A stretch of DNA of 64,000 nt from Candidatus Micrarchaeota archaeon (GCA_021810105.1 JAJZJM010000001.1:296850-360849), one strand, 5' to 3'. Shown: positions 1 through 9,718, counted from the stretch's first letter. Notes: generated by a model not told the origin, from the sequence alone. Program-made: numbers and translations.

Positions 1-83
1 ATGCCGATGAGATACTAAACAAGGTGACATCCTCCCACCACTGAAGGTGGTGGGCTTCCAATGGCGGTTTTTTGATATTACTT

Positions 84-224
84 TGGGGCCGCCGGGATTT
101 GAACCCGGATTTGCTGGTTTCTTCATAATTTTCTTAATTCCAGATTATCATCATCGCGGTTTTCCGCTCATCTTTTGTTTAAATATCTGGAGCCAGCTGC
201 GCTGCCAGGTTACGCTACAGCCCC
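84..224 (-). tRNA. tRNA-Trp (anticodon CCA) with a ~68-nt intron at the canonical 37/38 position
   Basis: The reverse complement reads GGGGCTG-TA-GCGT-AACCTGGCA-GCGC-A-GCTGG-CTCCAG[intron]A-CCAGC-AAAT-CCGGG-TTCAAAT-CCCGG-CGGCCCC-A. The acceptor (one G-U pair), D, anticodon and T arms all pair. Exons are ~224-187 and ~118-84, and the intron is ~186-119. No CCA is encoded. Confidence 0.85.
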
Positions 225-237
225 TCAGGAAGCAGAT

Positions 238-294
238 ATGCACTGAAGATATATAATCCTTGGCTGCCTGAAATACTCTGATTGCATACTATTC
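238..294. repeat. 57-nt direct repeat, copy 1 (contains an ATATATAA TATA-like core)
   Basis: atgcactgaagatatataatccttggctgcctgaaatactctgattgcatActattc matches 3312-3368 at 56 of 57 positions in the same orientation. Confidence 0.95.
249..256 (-). promoter_or_regulatory. Putative TATA box for tRNA-Trp
   Basis: ATATATAA (near-palindromic) lies 25-32 nt upstream of the tRNA-Trp 5' end at 224. That is the expected archaeal TATA spacing. Confidence 0.4.
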
Positions 295-450
295 TATTCG
301 ATATTGAATACAGGCATCCGAACATGCAGGCATTCTCTTTTGTGCAGGTGGACGCCAATAAAATATATTTCGTCGCCAAAATGATACGGCGTTAGACGTA
401 TTATTAGCAATGTATAAGTATCAGAAACAGAATATTATGAGTACGATAAC

Positions 451-1518
451 ATGAGTGTTAGCGCGAAGGCGCCAGGCGTGTTGAAGCTTCTTGGCGAACA
501 TGCGGTTGTATATGATTATTTGGCTGTAGCGGTAGCAGTGGATAGGTTTGCGACAACTGAGATAACCTCGACCTATGGTTCTGACTTAATCATATCGCTG
601 GATGACCTAAACAAGAGCTTCACTTTCACAAGAGAAGACCTGCTTAGGATTTATAATAAGTATAGGGAAATTGGCTTCAAGAGCACTGAGGCGGTGCTAC
701 GCTTCAGAGAAGAATCTGGCATTCCTCAAGATGTGCTTCCATTTGTGCTCATTGCTGCAAGACTTGCTTACCAATATGATGTGAACGTTGCTGGAATGCA
801 CGCACATATAAGGTCTGATATACCAATCGGCAAGGGATTAGCTAGCAGCGCTGCATGCAGCACCTCATTTGCAATATCATTAGAACGCGCAGGTAAGGCG
901 ATGCTTCCGGAAAGTGACATACTTGACGTAGCAATAGATGGTGAGCGTGTTACGCACGGTAACCCTGGGGCAGGGAGGATCGATGTAAGCACATCCTATT
1001 ATGGAGGTGTGGTTAGCGTGCAAAAAGGCAGGACACCTTTTGCTAGAAAAGAGGAGATATCCAATCTGCCAGATATTATAGTAATTGATACCGGACCTAA
1101 GAAGAGCACTGCAGAGACTGTCGGGATAATATCAAAGAGAAGAGCTGTAGACCCAGATTATGCTAACCAAAGGCTCGCAGAAATAGGAAGAGCTAGCGTT
1201 GAGGGACTAGCTGCACTCCAGGAGGGAAAATTCGACACTTTGGGAAGCTGCATGAATACTTGCCAGCACATGCTTGCCGAGCTCGGAGTTTCAAGCGATG
1301 GCCTAGACATAGCGATACATAGGGCTAGAGAGGCCGGAGCATCAGGAGCCAAGCTTAGTGGTGGCGGAGGAGGAGGCGCGGCCATAGCCATAGGACCAGA
1401 CCCGAAAATGCTGATGGAAAAACTTGGGCAATCTAAGTTTAACGTGTCCACTTATGAAATATCCAATATAGGTGCAATGCATTTTCGCTATGAAAAGAAT
1501 AAAGCCAAATCGGTGTGA
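451..1518 (+). CDS. mvk: Mevalonate kinase (GHMP kinase family)
   Basis: GHMP motifs are present: APGVLKLLGEHAVVY at the N-terminus, the PIGKGLASSAACS phosphate-binding loop, and KLSGGGGGGAAIAI near the C-terminus. At 355 aa the length fits. Confidence 0.85.
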   Translation: MSVSAKAPGVLKLLGEHAVVYDYLAVAVAVDRFATTEITSTYGSDLIISLDDLNKSFTFTREDLLRIYNKYREIGFKSTEAVLRFREESGIPQDVLPFVLIAARLAYQYDVNVAGMHAHIRSDIPIGKGLASSAACSTSFAISLERAGKAMLPESDILDVAIDGERVTHGNPGAGRIDVSTSYYGGVVSVQKGRTPFARKEEISNLPDIIVIDTGPKKSTAETVGIISKRRAVDPDYANQRLAEIGRASVEGLAALQEGKFDTLGSCMNTCQHMLAELGVSSDGLDIAIHRAREAGASGAKLSGGGGGGAAIAIGPDPKMLMEKLGQSKFNVSTYEISNIGAMHFRYEKNKAKSV

Positions 1519-1521
1519 TAG

Positions 1522-2190
1522 ATGGCAATTACTAAGGGCAATGCACATGGAAGCGCTGTTGCGTATGAGAGTGTGGAATCGGAAGTGCGTTTCTTCGTAA
1601 ACAGAAAGAGGTTTCCATCAAGCAGTGCATTATTTGACGCGATTAGAAACACATTCGCGCTGGAAATAATGAAAGAGTATCAATTTACCGACATTTATTA
1701 TAGAGGACCTAATGAGAGGGTTGCTAGAGTGAGAAGGTGGGATCGGAATACGGGAATTAAGAGGCGCGCGCTTCCGATACAGGTAATAGAGTCTGAATCA
1801 AAGACTCAAGATTATAAGGGAATACCATTTAAAGTCGGCGCAAAGAAGAATGTTAAGGAATTTGATGCGCTGCGGGATGCGCAGCAGGAACTTGAAATGA
1901 ATGGTTTTGTTTACTGGATGACCATCTCCCACTCAAACGGAGTGCATTTCAGAATTATTGGAGGAAAAACGGAAAAGAGGGTTGCTATAGAGCAGGTTAC
2001 CTGCACGCAAGGATCCTCAAGCTGGTCTAGCCAGATGGCCGAACTGGAAGTGTCCAGTGAGGACAATGATACTGTAGTAAAGGAGATTACTGAATTCGCT
2101 GACAGGTTTGGCATAAGAAATGGTGAAATGCTTGGAGCATCAATGGCGAATATTGCTGAAGTAACATTTAAGAAAAAGGGATTGTTATGA
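1522..2190 (+). CDS. Hypothetical protein (weak CYTH/triphosphate-tunnel resemblance)
   Basis: The ORF starts 4 nt after the mvk stop and overlaps the next gene by 4 nt, which looks like an operon. Only faint cues exist: ESEVRF near the N-terminus and AELEV near the C-terminus resemble CYTH ExExK/ExE strands. Confidence 0.5.
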   Translation: MAITKGNAHGSAVAYESVESEVRFFVNRKRFPSSSALFDAIRNTFALEIMKEYQFTDIYYRGPNERVARVRRWDRNTGIKRRALPIQVIESESKTQDYKGIPFKVGAKKNVKEFDALRDAQQELEMNGFVYWMTISHSNGVHFRIIGGKTEKRVAIEQVTCTQGSSSWSSQMAELEVSSEDNDTVVKEITEFADRFGIRNGEMLGASMANIAEVTFKKKGLL

Positions 2191-2960
2191 AACTTGTATT
2201 TTTCGGTGCGGGAGAGGCATTCCATGATTTCAAGGGCAACATATCGATGCTAGCAATGGGAGAAAAGAACCTACTGTTAGATTGCGGCTACAACATACCG
2301 CAAAGGTTCTGGCAGGCTTATCCAGACAAAGATTTCCTTGATGCTGTGTTTGTAAGCCACTTCCATGGAGACCATGTAGCAGGACTTCCTATGCTCGTGA
2401 TGAGAATGAGGCAGGATAAACGCACGAAGCCGCTGCTGTTGATAGGTCCGGAGGGGTTCGAGGCATCCTTCAAACGGCTATATGATACGCTTTACAAGGG
2501 ATTCCTAGAAGTAAGCGGGTTCCCGATAGAGTTCAAGGAGATCCGGGGAGGCAGCAAACTTTCGGTTGGCAGCATGAATCTCTCCTTTGCGGATGCAAGC
2601 CACCTCGTAGGAACGCAATTCTTCGTCCCAACAGCAGCAATCAGAGTGGATTCCGATGGCAGCTCTTTCTGCTACTCATCAGATACGACATATACCGACA
2701 GGATTGCAGAGCTAGCAAAAGGCTGCAACATGCTTATACATGATTCTTTCATGCCTGCAAGCGCAGAATATCACAAGAGAATGCCCGCACATTCATCACC
2801 GACGGATGCCGGAAGGGTAGCAAAGTATGCAGGAGTGAAGAGACTTGCGCTATTCAACATACACAGGACTCTGGGAGATGCGGCCGCATTGAAAGAGGCT
2901 GGTAGCGAGTTCGATGGGGAAATAGTAACGCCGTCTGAAGGAGATTCGTTTGATATTTGA
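2187..2960 (+). CDS. Metallo-beta-lactamase-fold hydrolase (RNase Z/BN-like)
   Basis: SHFHGDHVAGLP matches the HxHxDH zinc motif. Downstream Asp/His residues (YSSDT, LIHDS, FNIH) follow the usual MBL order. Confidence 0.75.
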   Translation: MKLVFFGAGEAFHDFKGNISMLAMGEKNLLLDCGYNIPQRFWQAYPDKDFLDAVFVSHFHGDHVAGLPMLVMRMRQDKRTKPLLLIGPEGFEASFKRLYDTLYKGFLEVSGFPIEFKEIRGGSKLSVGSMNLSFADASHLVGTQFFVPTAAIRVDSDGSSFCYSSDTTYTDRIAELAKGCNMLIHDSFMPASAEYHKRMPAHSSPTDAGRVAKYAGVKRLALFNIHRTLGDAAALKEAGSEFDGEIVTPSEGDSFDI

Positions 2961-2969
2961 CGGGGTCTC

Positions 2970-3260
2970 ATGACAAATTTTGAAGTAAACGCATCCGCTC
3001 CAGGAAAAATATTATGGCTTGGAGGATATTCGGTGATGGAAAGGCCTAATGTTGGTTTCGTTACGACTATAGACCAGCATGTACACGTGATAGCCAGAAG
3101 CAATACTGATAACACTGTGTTGATAAATGCACCGCAGCTAGTTCCGGAAATTGTGCGAGGCGTGGTAGATACTAAAACCGGCAAGATAACTGTGGAGGGG
3201 GCTATCAATTTCCAGGTCAACTTAGTAAGGCAAATGGTTCGAATTAAACAAAGCATTTAG
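2970..3260 (+). pseudogene. N-terminal fragment (96 aa) of a phosphomevalonate-kinase-like GHMP kinase
   Basis: SAPGKILWLGGYSVMERPNVGFV matches the ERG8-type PMK N-terminal motif (aPGK.ll.GGY.Vl). The ORF stops after 96 codons, whereas full-length PMKs are ~330 aa or more. Only ~50 nt separate the stop from copy 2 of the 57-nt repeat. Confidence 0.55.
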
Positions 3261-3311
3261 GAATTATCAGAGGAGAAGGGCGTTAACCGGATGACCTATC
3301 AAGGATCTGAA

Positions 3312-3368
3312 ATGCACTGAAGATATATAATCCTTGGCTGCCTGAAATACTCTGATTGCATGCTATTC
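3312..3368. repeat. 57-nt direct repeat, copy 2
   Basis: It matches 238-294 at 56 of 57 positions. The single difference (G3362 versus A288) creates the ATG at 3360 that starts the PAP2 ORF. Confidence 0.95.
3323..3330 (+). promoter_or_regulatory. Putative TATA box for the PAP2 gene (near-leaderless)
   Basis: The ATATATAA core of repeat copy 2 lies 30-37 nt upstream of the ATG at 3360. Confidence 0.35.
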
Positions 3369-3932
3369 AACCCTGGGAGCATATCTCTGAACATGTGGGC
3401 GTTCTCTTTTGCGCAGATGGTTGCCAGCCCACTTCTTACTAAGATAATGGCGATATTGGGAAGCAGCTTCTATATTATATTGCCTGCCGTTGCGCTTTAC
3501 CTTTATTTCAGGAAGGACATGAATGCCTATTCTTTTGTTGTTGCCGTTGTCCTTTTTTTCATAGTGTCAGACCTTCTCAAGATGCTGCTTGCGGAACCTA
3601 GGCCATGTAGCACAGGAATAGGAACGTGGCTGAATGGAATGGTAAGCTGCGAGAGCAGCTACTCCCTGCCAAGCAACCATGCCAGCGTTCTTACAGGGCT
3701 CACATTCTTCATGGGAAAATACAGGTATGTGCAGGCCCTCTACATAATATGGCTGGTCCTGATACTCTTTGGAAGAGTCTACCTTGCTGCGCATTACCTG
3801 ACAGATGTGATTGCCGGGGTGGTATTGAGCATAGTTTTATATTATTTGATATCAAAAGTGAAAAACAGGATAAACCACATGATTAATGGAGTGGTAAAGA
3901 AGATCCTGCCTTTTCTCGCGATAAAGGAGTGA
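3360..3932 (+). CDS. PAP2-family membrane phosphatase
   Basis: All three PAP2 motifs are present: KMLLAEPRP (KxxxxxxRP), LPSNHAS (PSGH-like) and [16 protein letters not shown] (SRxxxxxHxxxD). The protein has several TM helices. Confidence 0.85.
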   Translation: MLFNPGSISLNMWAFSFAQMVASPLLTKIMAILGSSFYIILPAVALYLYFRKDMNAYSFVVAVVLFFIVSDLLKMLLAEPRPCSTGIGTWLNGMVSCESSYSLPSNHASVLTGLTFFMGKYRYVQALYIIWLVLILFGRVYLAAHYLTDVIAGVVLSIVLYYLISKVKNRINHMINGVVKKILPFLAIKE

Positions 3933-3936
3933 CTTT

Positions 3937-4734
3937 TTGAAAAAGAATATGATATACGGGGTTGTAGTTGTTGTAATAATAGTCGCAGCCATAGTGCTTG
4001 TACTTTCCAATAGCTCGTCTGGATCGCAGACTGCACTGATAGCATTCGATAATCAGCCAGTTAATGCTACACAAATTTCTGCTATGGAAAGTATAGCATC
4101 CAACATGACTCTTGCCAACAAGGTTGGAGCCGGATTCATGACATCTTATCCAAAGAACATATCAGGACAGAACGTTACAATGGTTGGCGGAAAACCAGCA
4201 GTCATATACGTAGGAGCTGATTTCTGTCCATTCTGTGCAATAACAAGATGGGGCTTCATAATTGCGCTCATGCGATTTGGGACATTCAGCAAGCTAAACT
4301 ACATGACTTCGAGTTCAAGCTCTACAGAGCCTTTCAGGACGGTTCCCACATTTACATTCTATAATTCATCTTACAGCAGCACGCTCATATCATTCGTTCC
4401 TGCTGAAATAGAGACAAACACATACCAGCCATTGCAGACCCTGAATGCCCTGCAGAATGCGGCAGCGAGCACATATGATACAGGAGGCTCAATACCTTTC
4501 ATAGATTTCGGCAACCAGAGCGTACAGATAGGAGTCCCGCAGAGCGTCTCACCCGGTTATCTTAAGAACTTGAACTGGGGGCAGATAATTGCGCTCATGC
4601 AACAGAGCAACTCTACAGTCTCACAGGCGCTGATGGGGCAGGCAAATGTTTTTACAGCACAGATATGCAGGATGGATGGATACCAGCCATCTTCGGTATG
4701 CAGCCAACCTTTTGTAAAGGAGATATTGTCTTAG
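3937..4734 (+). CDS. Membrane-anchored thioredoxin-like protein (DUF929-like, CPFC motif)
   Basis: It has an N-terminal TM anchor ([15 protein letters not shown]). [25 protein letters not shown] matches my memory of the archaeal DUF929 family with its CxxC motif. Confidence 0.6.
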   Translation: MKKNMIYGVVVVVIIVAAIVLVLSNSSSGSQTALIAFDNQPVNATQISAMESIASNMTLANKVGAGFMTSYPKNISGQNVTMVGGKPAVIYVGADFCPFCAITRWGFIIALMRFGTFSKLNYMTSSSSSTEPFRTVPTFTFYNSSYSSTLISFVPAEIETNTYQPLQTLNALQNAAASTYDTGGSIPFIDFGNQSVQIGVPQSVSPGYLKNLNWGQIIALMQQSNSTVSQALMGQANVFTAQICRMDGYQPSSVCSQPFVKEILS

Positions 4735-6155
4735 CAGACTCTTGAACCCTTCAGCATACTGTTTGCAGTCTCTCTATGCTTATCTATAATGTTATTCTCC
4801 TCTAGCCTGTCAAGAGCGAGATTGTACAGTTCGTCCTTCTTCTTCCCAAAGAAATGTATTAACTTCATATCTCCTCTGTATATTGCTGTTGCTTTCTTGT
4901 TGTAGTGCATCTTTGCAGCGTATATCTTTTTGGCTGCTGATGATTTTTTCTTCAAAAGGTAGAGCAGGTGCTCGTCCCAGCCTTCGCTTATTCCAGTATG
5001 CTCTGATATCACATACCTTGATGCGCGCATGTTGCCATCTAGACGGCTATATCTGCCATTTGAAATATCGATTATTCCCTGATGGAGCTGTAGAAGGCTT
5101 ACTGGGCTTTCTACCTCTTCGTGGTATGAAAGGGGCTTTCCGTTTTTATAGTTTGTTGCTATGAGAGGGACCTTTGAGACTCCTTCGTATGGCGGCATCG
5201 CATGATAAAGAGCGCCATGTTCTCCGAAAAGCTGCCCATGATCGGATGTTATTACCAGAGTTGCGTCCTCGAGCACTCCTTTTTTCTTTAGTATAGACAC
5301 TGTCTCTTTTACCTGTGTATCCAGATATGATAGCCTCTTTACGTAAGCGTTGTGCATCTGCTTTGTAATATCATCGCCCATCTCTTCTATGCCGCTGAGG
5401 TAAAGCCATTTATCCTGAACCGCTTTCTTGTTCCTCAGAGGATAGTTCTCGTGCGCTTCTATATAGTTTATGAATATGAACTGGGGGTAATAGCTTTGGC
5501 CGTATTTGAGATGCGATGTTAGCAGTTTGTTTGTATCGCTTGCCCCCCTGTCAAGCTTGTGAGTGCCGTCGGCTTTTGCCACGCCTCTGCTCATCTTTAG
5601 CCTTAAATTAAGATAAATGCGGTCTAGAGCTTTTGGCGGGAGCATTTTGGAGACCGCATAGCTTGCCTTGAAAAGCTTTGACCTTGTCTTCGCTCCGCCA
5701 TTTAAGATAAAAGCAAACCTATCGACAATTTTTGGGTTGTACTTTATGTTTGATTTTAGCCAGACGTCGTAAACCTTATCGAAACCTATTGCGAGGTTAG
5801 TGTTGCTTGTAAGAAAGGGATTATTTGAAAATAATGTGGAATTATATCCGCTGCAGGAAAGCTTTTCAGCTATAGTTGCAGTGTCCCGCTCGAGAAATTT
5901 TGTTTTCACCATCCAGGGGTCTATTTTTTTAGAGCCTCCCTTGAAGAAATCCTGGGAGACAAGTTTAAGCTTTGATACCTTGCTATTTGCGAAAAGTGCG
6001 GCATGGGTTGGAGCGGTCCATGTGCCAGGAGCTACCGTATTTGTGTATTTTGTCCCGTATGAGGCAAGCCTATTTATGAAAGGCAGCTTGCTGTTGTCAT
6101 ATACGTCGGATGCTCTGGCGGTGTCAAGCAGGAGCACCACTATGTTCTTCTTCAT
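4731..6155 (-). CDS. Sulfatase / alkaline-phosphatase-superfamily protein
   Basis: [13 protein letters not shown] at the N-terminus and [12 protein letters not shown] match the superfamily metal-binding motifs. A canonical C/S-x-P-x-R formylglycine motif is not evident (TWTAPTH instead). Confidence 0.7.
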   Translation of the reverse strand: MKKNIVVLLLDTARASDVYDNSKLPFINRLASYGTKYTNTVAPGTWTAPTHAALFANSKVSKLKLVSQDFFKGGSKKIDPWMVKTKFLERDTATIAEKLSCSGYNSTLFSNNPFLTSNTNLAIGFDKVYDVWLKSNIKYNPKIVDRFAFILNGGAKTRSKLFKASYAVSKMLPPKALDRIYLNLRLKMSRGVAKADGTHKLDRGASDTNKLLTSHLKYGQSYYPQFIFINYIEAHENYPLRNKKAVQDKWLYLSGIEEMGDDITKQMHNAYVKRLSYLDTQVKETVSILKKKGVLEDATLVITSDHGQLFGEHGALYHAMPPYEGVSKVPLIATNYKNGKPLSYHEEVESPVSLLQLHQGIIDISNGRYSRLDGNMRASRYVISEHTGISEGWDEHLLYLLKKKSSAAKKIYAAKMHYNKKATAIYRGDMKLIHFFGKKKDELYNLALDRLEENNIIDKHRETANSMLKGSRVC

Positions 6156-6228
6156 AATCCTCTATTTAATCTGGAGGTATATTAATATTCATTGTTATCA
6201 TAAGGTTTTGTTACACTCTGTGATTTAG

Positions 6229-7383
6229 ATGGATATCTGTGTTCTTAACCCGTTCTTTTACCCCTATCCAGGAGGCACAGAGAAAGTGCTCCTTGAGATA
6301 TACAGAAGGATGGCTAAGAGGCACAATATAACCGTGATATCAGCTGCGCTAAAGGCAGGGCAGAAAGATTCTGTTGAGGATATATACGGAATAAATGTGA
6401 TTCGCCTCAAGACCTCCTATATAGATGTACCCATACTCCCAATGCCGTTCCCTGTAACTATGGGCCTTAGGGATGCGATATCTAAGCAAAAGGCAGACAT
6501 ATACCACATAAACAATAGACATGTTTATTTTGGCGATACCGTAAAGTGCATAAAAAGGTCTGGAGGCAAGATGGCACTTACCCTTCATGATGCGATACCT
6601 AAGAACATAGATCCATTCACAGACAATGGAGGGTATGTTTACGATATGTTATGGGGCAGGAGGCTCATAGAGCACTCTGATGTCATAACTGGCGTGTCAA
6701 GAGATACGATTGCAACAACGGTACCGAATAACCTTATCGGCAAATGCAATGTGATATACAATGGCGTAGATTTCGGTAAATACAGGCCAAGAGCAAAGAA
6801 CAGCGCATTTAAGATAATGAAAAGGCTTGGAATTAGCAAGGATTCTTTCGTAGTGCTTAATAATGGAAGGTTGATAAACCAGAAAGGGCAGATCTATTTA
6901 ATCCGTGCGATTGCAGAGCTTGCCAAGGAAAGGGGCGATATTGTATTGAATATAATAGGCAGAGGAAGCCTTAAGGACACATTCCTATACATGGCGAGAG
7001 ACCTTGGAATTTCTGACAGAATGAGAATATGCTCTGGCATACCTGAGAACGAAATGCCTTATTACTACAACATGTCTTCAGTATTTGTTTCAGCATCTTT
7101 GTACGAACCTGCATCGATATCCATAATGGAAGCGCTGGCAAGCGGGATTCCAGTAGTTGCGACAAAGGTTGGTGGGGTGCCGGAGACTATGAAAGGCAGG
7201 GGAATATATGTAAAGCCGAGAAGCATAAACGGAATCAAGAGAGGAATTGAGAGATTTATTGACAACCAAAAAGAGGCCAGGAGAATAGGCATGAAGGGAA
7301 GAGAACTTATGATTAAGGAGCATGATTGGAACCTGATTTCGAAGAAATATGAGACTGTGTTCGAATCAACTGTGAGGAAATAG
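6229..7383 (+). CDS. Glycosyltransferase, GT-B fold, family 4-like
   Basis: The C-terminal region YEPASISIMEALASGIPVVATKVGGVPE is typical of GT4 enzymes. Length is 384 aa. Confidence 0.8.
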   Translation: MDICVLNPFFYPYPGGTEKVLLEIYRRMAKRHNITVISAALKAGQKDSVEDIYGINVIRLKTSYIDVPILPMPFPVTMGLRDAISKQKADIYHINNRHVYFGDTVKCIKRSGGKMALTLHDAIPKNIDPFTDNGGYVYDMLWGRRLIEHSDVITGVSRDTIATTVPNNLIGKCNVIYNGVDFGKYRPRAKNSAFKIMKRLGISKDSFVVLNNGRLINQKGQIYLIRAIAELAKERGDIVLNIIGRGSLKDTFLYMARDLGISDRMRICSGIPENEMPYYYNMSSVFVSASLYEPASISIMEALASGIPVVATKVGGVPETMKGRGIYVKPRSINGIKRGIERFIDNQKEARRIGMKGRELMIKEHDWNLISKKYETVFESTVRK

Positions 7384-7384
7384 C

Positions 7385-8422
7385 GTGCCTAAGAAAAAAT
7401 CTTTTTGGTATAGCATAACGCACCAGACCAACCTTGACAAGGAAAGCTACCTGAAAATAGTTAAGAGGATATCTATATTCGTAGGGATAGGCTTTGGCGC
7501 AAGCATCTTGGTCTTCTTTTTGATAGCGTGGTTTGGAGGGTTCAGCAATGTTTTGAGCTACATATCAGAAGTGAAACTCGACATATACGCTTTAGCTTTC
7601 GTAGCTGTTGTGGCAAGCCTCCTTCTCAGGTTCATAAAATGGAATTACTACATGAAAGTGCTGAAATTGAAAGTTCCTTTGAAAAAGAGCATGGCGGTTT
7701 ACCTCTCAATGTATTCTATGTCCATAACTCCGGGCAATATAGGGCGGGTTGTTGCGGCTTACACTCTGAACAGGCTTACAAAAATAAAATTTGCAAAAAT
7801 AATACCAATAGTAACTATGGACATTTTTACCGATTTCTTGGGCTTTGGCATACTTGCACTGCTTGCTGCATTATACTTCCATGAATACGTAATCTACATA
7901 CTTGCACTTGACATATTGCTTCTGCTGCCGTTCCTCTTCCTGCTAAACAGCTGGATGTATAGGAAGATAAAGAAGGTAATGGGGCGCAACAAATTCATAA
8001 AGAATTTTACCCCTTATGGAGAGGAGTATTTCCTATCTCAGAACAAGTTAAACTCTCCTAAGACATACCTGATATCTGTCTTTGTCACCCTTCCGGCCGC
8101 TTTCTTCAATTCCCTTACTCTGTATTTTTCGCTTCTTGCGCTAGGCATAGTTGCACCTTTATCAGGGACTGTATTCATATATTCTTCATCTACGATATTC
8201 GGAATGGCTACAGCAATACCAGGAAGCATAGGTGTCACTGACGGATCAATAGTTGCGCTTCTTGGAGGAATACTCAAATTGTCTCCAAGCATCAGCTCTG
8301 CGGTAACGATATTGGGAAGGACTGCAGACCTATGGTTCAGTGTGATTTTGGGGATAGTGTTCTTCTTTATAACACTACGATACTGGACAGAATCTGTACA
8401 GAAGAAAGGAGGTAAAAAATAG
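7385..8422 (+). CDS. Polytopic membrane protein, flippase-like (UPF0104 / LPG-synthase-TM-like)
   Basis: A GTG start lies 1 nt after the GT4 stop. The protein has about 8 hydrophobic helices and basic termini. This family commonly pairs with GT genes, and the assignment rests on architecture only. Confidence 0.5.
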   Translation: MPKKKSFWYSITHQTNLDKESYLKIVKRISIFVGIGFGASILVFFLIAWFGGFSNVLSYISEVKLDIYALAFVAVVASLLLRFIKWNYYMKVLKLKVPLKKSMAVYLSMYSMSITPGNIGRVVAAYTLNRLTKIKFAKIIPIVTMDIFTDFLGFGILALLAALYFHEYVIYILALDILLLLPFLFLLNSWMYRKIKKVMGRNKFIKNFTPYGEEYFLSQNKLNSPKTYLISVFVTLPAAFFNSLTLYFSLLALGIVAPLSGTVFIYSSSTIFGMATAIPGSIGVTDGSIVALLGGILKLSPSISSAVTILGRTADLWFSVILGIVFFFITLRYWTESVQKKGGKK

Positions 8423-8433
8423 GGAATGCCTGT

Positions 8434-8790
8434 TTACATATCCTCTTCTTCTGGCGCGTCCTGCTCGTCAGGGCTTGCGCTCTGGGCAGATCCATCTCCC
8501 TTTTCTACCACCTTTATCTTTCCGAACTTTCCTGTGGAAAGCTGGGGTGTGCCTCTGAACTCGCTAACATAGCCATTAGACACTTCTATTGTGTCTCCCT
8601 GGTTGACCTCGCCTATTGTGTCACCCCATAATGACATTGCTATTGTTCCTGAATCATCTTCTAGAGTTATGTTTGCAACGCTTAGCCTTTTTCCATATTT
8701 TGTAACTACTTCTCTAGGTTCATCCTTCTGTACAACCTTTGCCGTTACGGTCACATTGCTTGCTCCTGCTTTCAGTTCGCTTATTTTCAT
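8434..8790 (-). CDS. ssb: OB-fold single-stranded DNA-binding protein with acidic C-terminal tail
   Basis: The 118-aa pattern VTVTAKVV...ANITLEDDSGTIAMSLWGD...GDTIEVSNGYVSEFRG is typical of a short archaeal SSB OB fold. The tail is DEQDAPEEEDM. Confidence 0.7.
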   Translation of the reverse strand: MKISELKAGASNVTVTAKVVQKDEPREVVTKYGKRLSVANITLEDDSGTIAMSLWGDTIGEVNQGDTIEVSNGYVSEFRGTPQLSTGKFGKIKVVEKGDGSAQSASPDEQDAPEEEDM

Positions 8791-8887
8791 TATATCACTT
8801 TTCTTGTTAACAACTAAAACTAGTGTTTAGAGATATATTGCATTGTAAGAATTTAATAATCTTGCGCAGGAATGATGATTGTTTATT

Positions 8888-9718
8888 ATGGAGAATACAT
8901 CTTCACAGGAACTGCCCAAAGGGGCGCACCCCTCCTTTCTCAATGTGCTCAGAGCAAAGGAGAGAGTAAAGCAAAATATGGCAAATGTCAAGCATAAGAT
9001 AGGCGTTTACAGTGCCAAGGGAGGCGTGGGTAAGACCACTGTGGCAATAAATCTGGCATACGCACTTTCACAGAAAAATCTTCGTGTTGGTCTTTTGGAT
9101 GCAGACATCGACTGCCCTAATGTGACCATGTTTCTCGGAATAGATGAGAAGATAGATCCGCATGCCCCATTAAAACTGCCAGTTAAGGATGGAGTAAAGA
9201 TTGCTTCCACAGCTATGCTTGTAGATGAACTAAAGAAACCGATAATATGGAGAGGCCCTTTGATAACCAAGATGCTAAGTGATTTTTTCGAGCATGCAGA
9301 TTGGGGGGAGCTGGATTACCTTGTGCTTGATCTTAGCCCTGGCACATCTGATGCGCCATTGACAATAATGCAGCTCCTTGACCTTGATGGTTTCGTTATA
9401 GTCACCACCCCGCAGAAGATAGCAGGATTAAACTCGATAAGATCCGGGCTTATGGCAAAGCGCCTAGGAGTTCATATTTTAGGTGTTGTTGAGAACATGT
9501 CATCAGGAGAGCCAAGCCAAAGCACACTCGACGTTGTAGCTGCTCTCGGGACTGAATTCCTTGGCTGTATAAAAAGAGATGATCTTTTCAACAGGTTGAG
9601 CGACTCTGGAACTGTACCCGTGTTGGCAGAGAAGCGTATTAAAGAGGATTTTGACGCTTTTGTAAGCAGGCTTTTAGGGCATGGAGTGAATTCAAATCCG
9701 GAAGCCCGCAAGGCATAG
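8888..9718 (+). CDS. Mrp/NBP35 (ApbC) family Fe-S cluster carrier ATPase
   Basis: It has a deviant Walker A (GVYSAKGGVGKTTVAINLA) and the DADIDCPN and DLSPGTSD motifs. I prefer the ATG at 8888 over the TTG at 8879 used in the ORF track. Confidence 0.8.
   Translation: MENTSSQELPKGAHPSFLNVLRAKERVKQNMANVKHKIGVYSAKGGVGKTTVAINLAYALSQKNLRVGLLDADIDCPNVTMFLGIDEKIDPHAPLKLPVKDGVKIASTAMLVDELKKPIIWRGPLITKMLSDFFEHADWGELDYLVLDLSPGTSDAPLTIMQLLDLDGFVIVTTPQKIAGLNSIRSGLMAKRLGVHILGVVENMSSGEPSQSTLDVVAALGTEFLGCIKRDDLFNRLSDSGTVPVLAEKRIKEDFDAFVSRLLGHGVNSNPEARKA

Noticed and set aside
47-256. 69-aa plus-strand ORF at the window start.
   Set aside because: It lies entirely over tRNA-Trp and its intron on the opposite strand and has no coding-like features.
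238-3368. tRNA-adjacent 57-nt direct repeats as attL/attR of an integrated element.
   Set aside because: The enclosed genes are housekeeping-type (mevalonate kinase, an MBL hydrolase, a small hypothetical). There is no integrase, and the repeat does not overlap the tRNA 3' end as typical att sites do. I kept it as a rearrangement or promoter-duplication finding instead.
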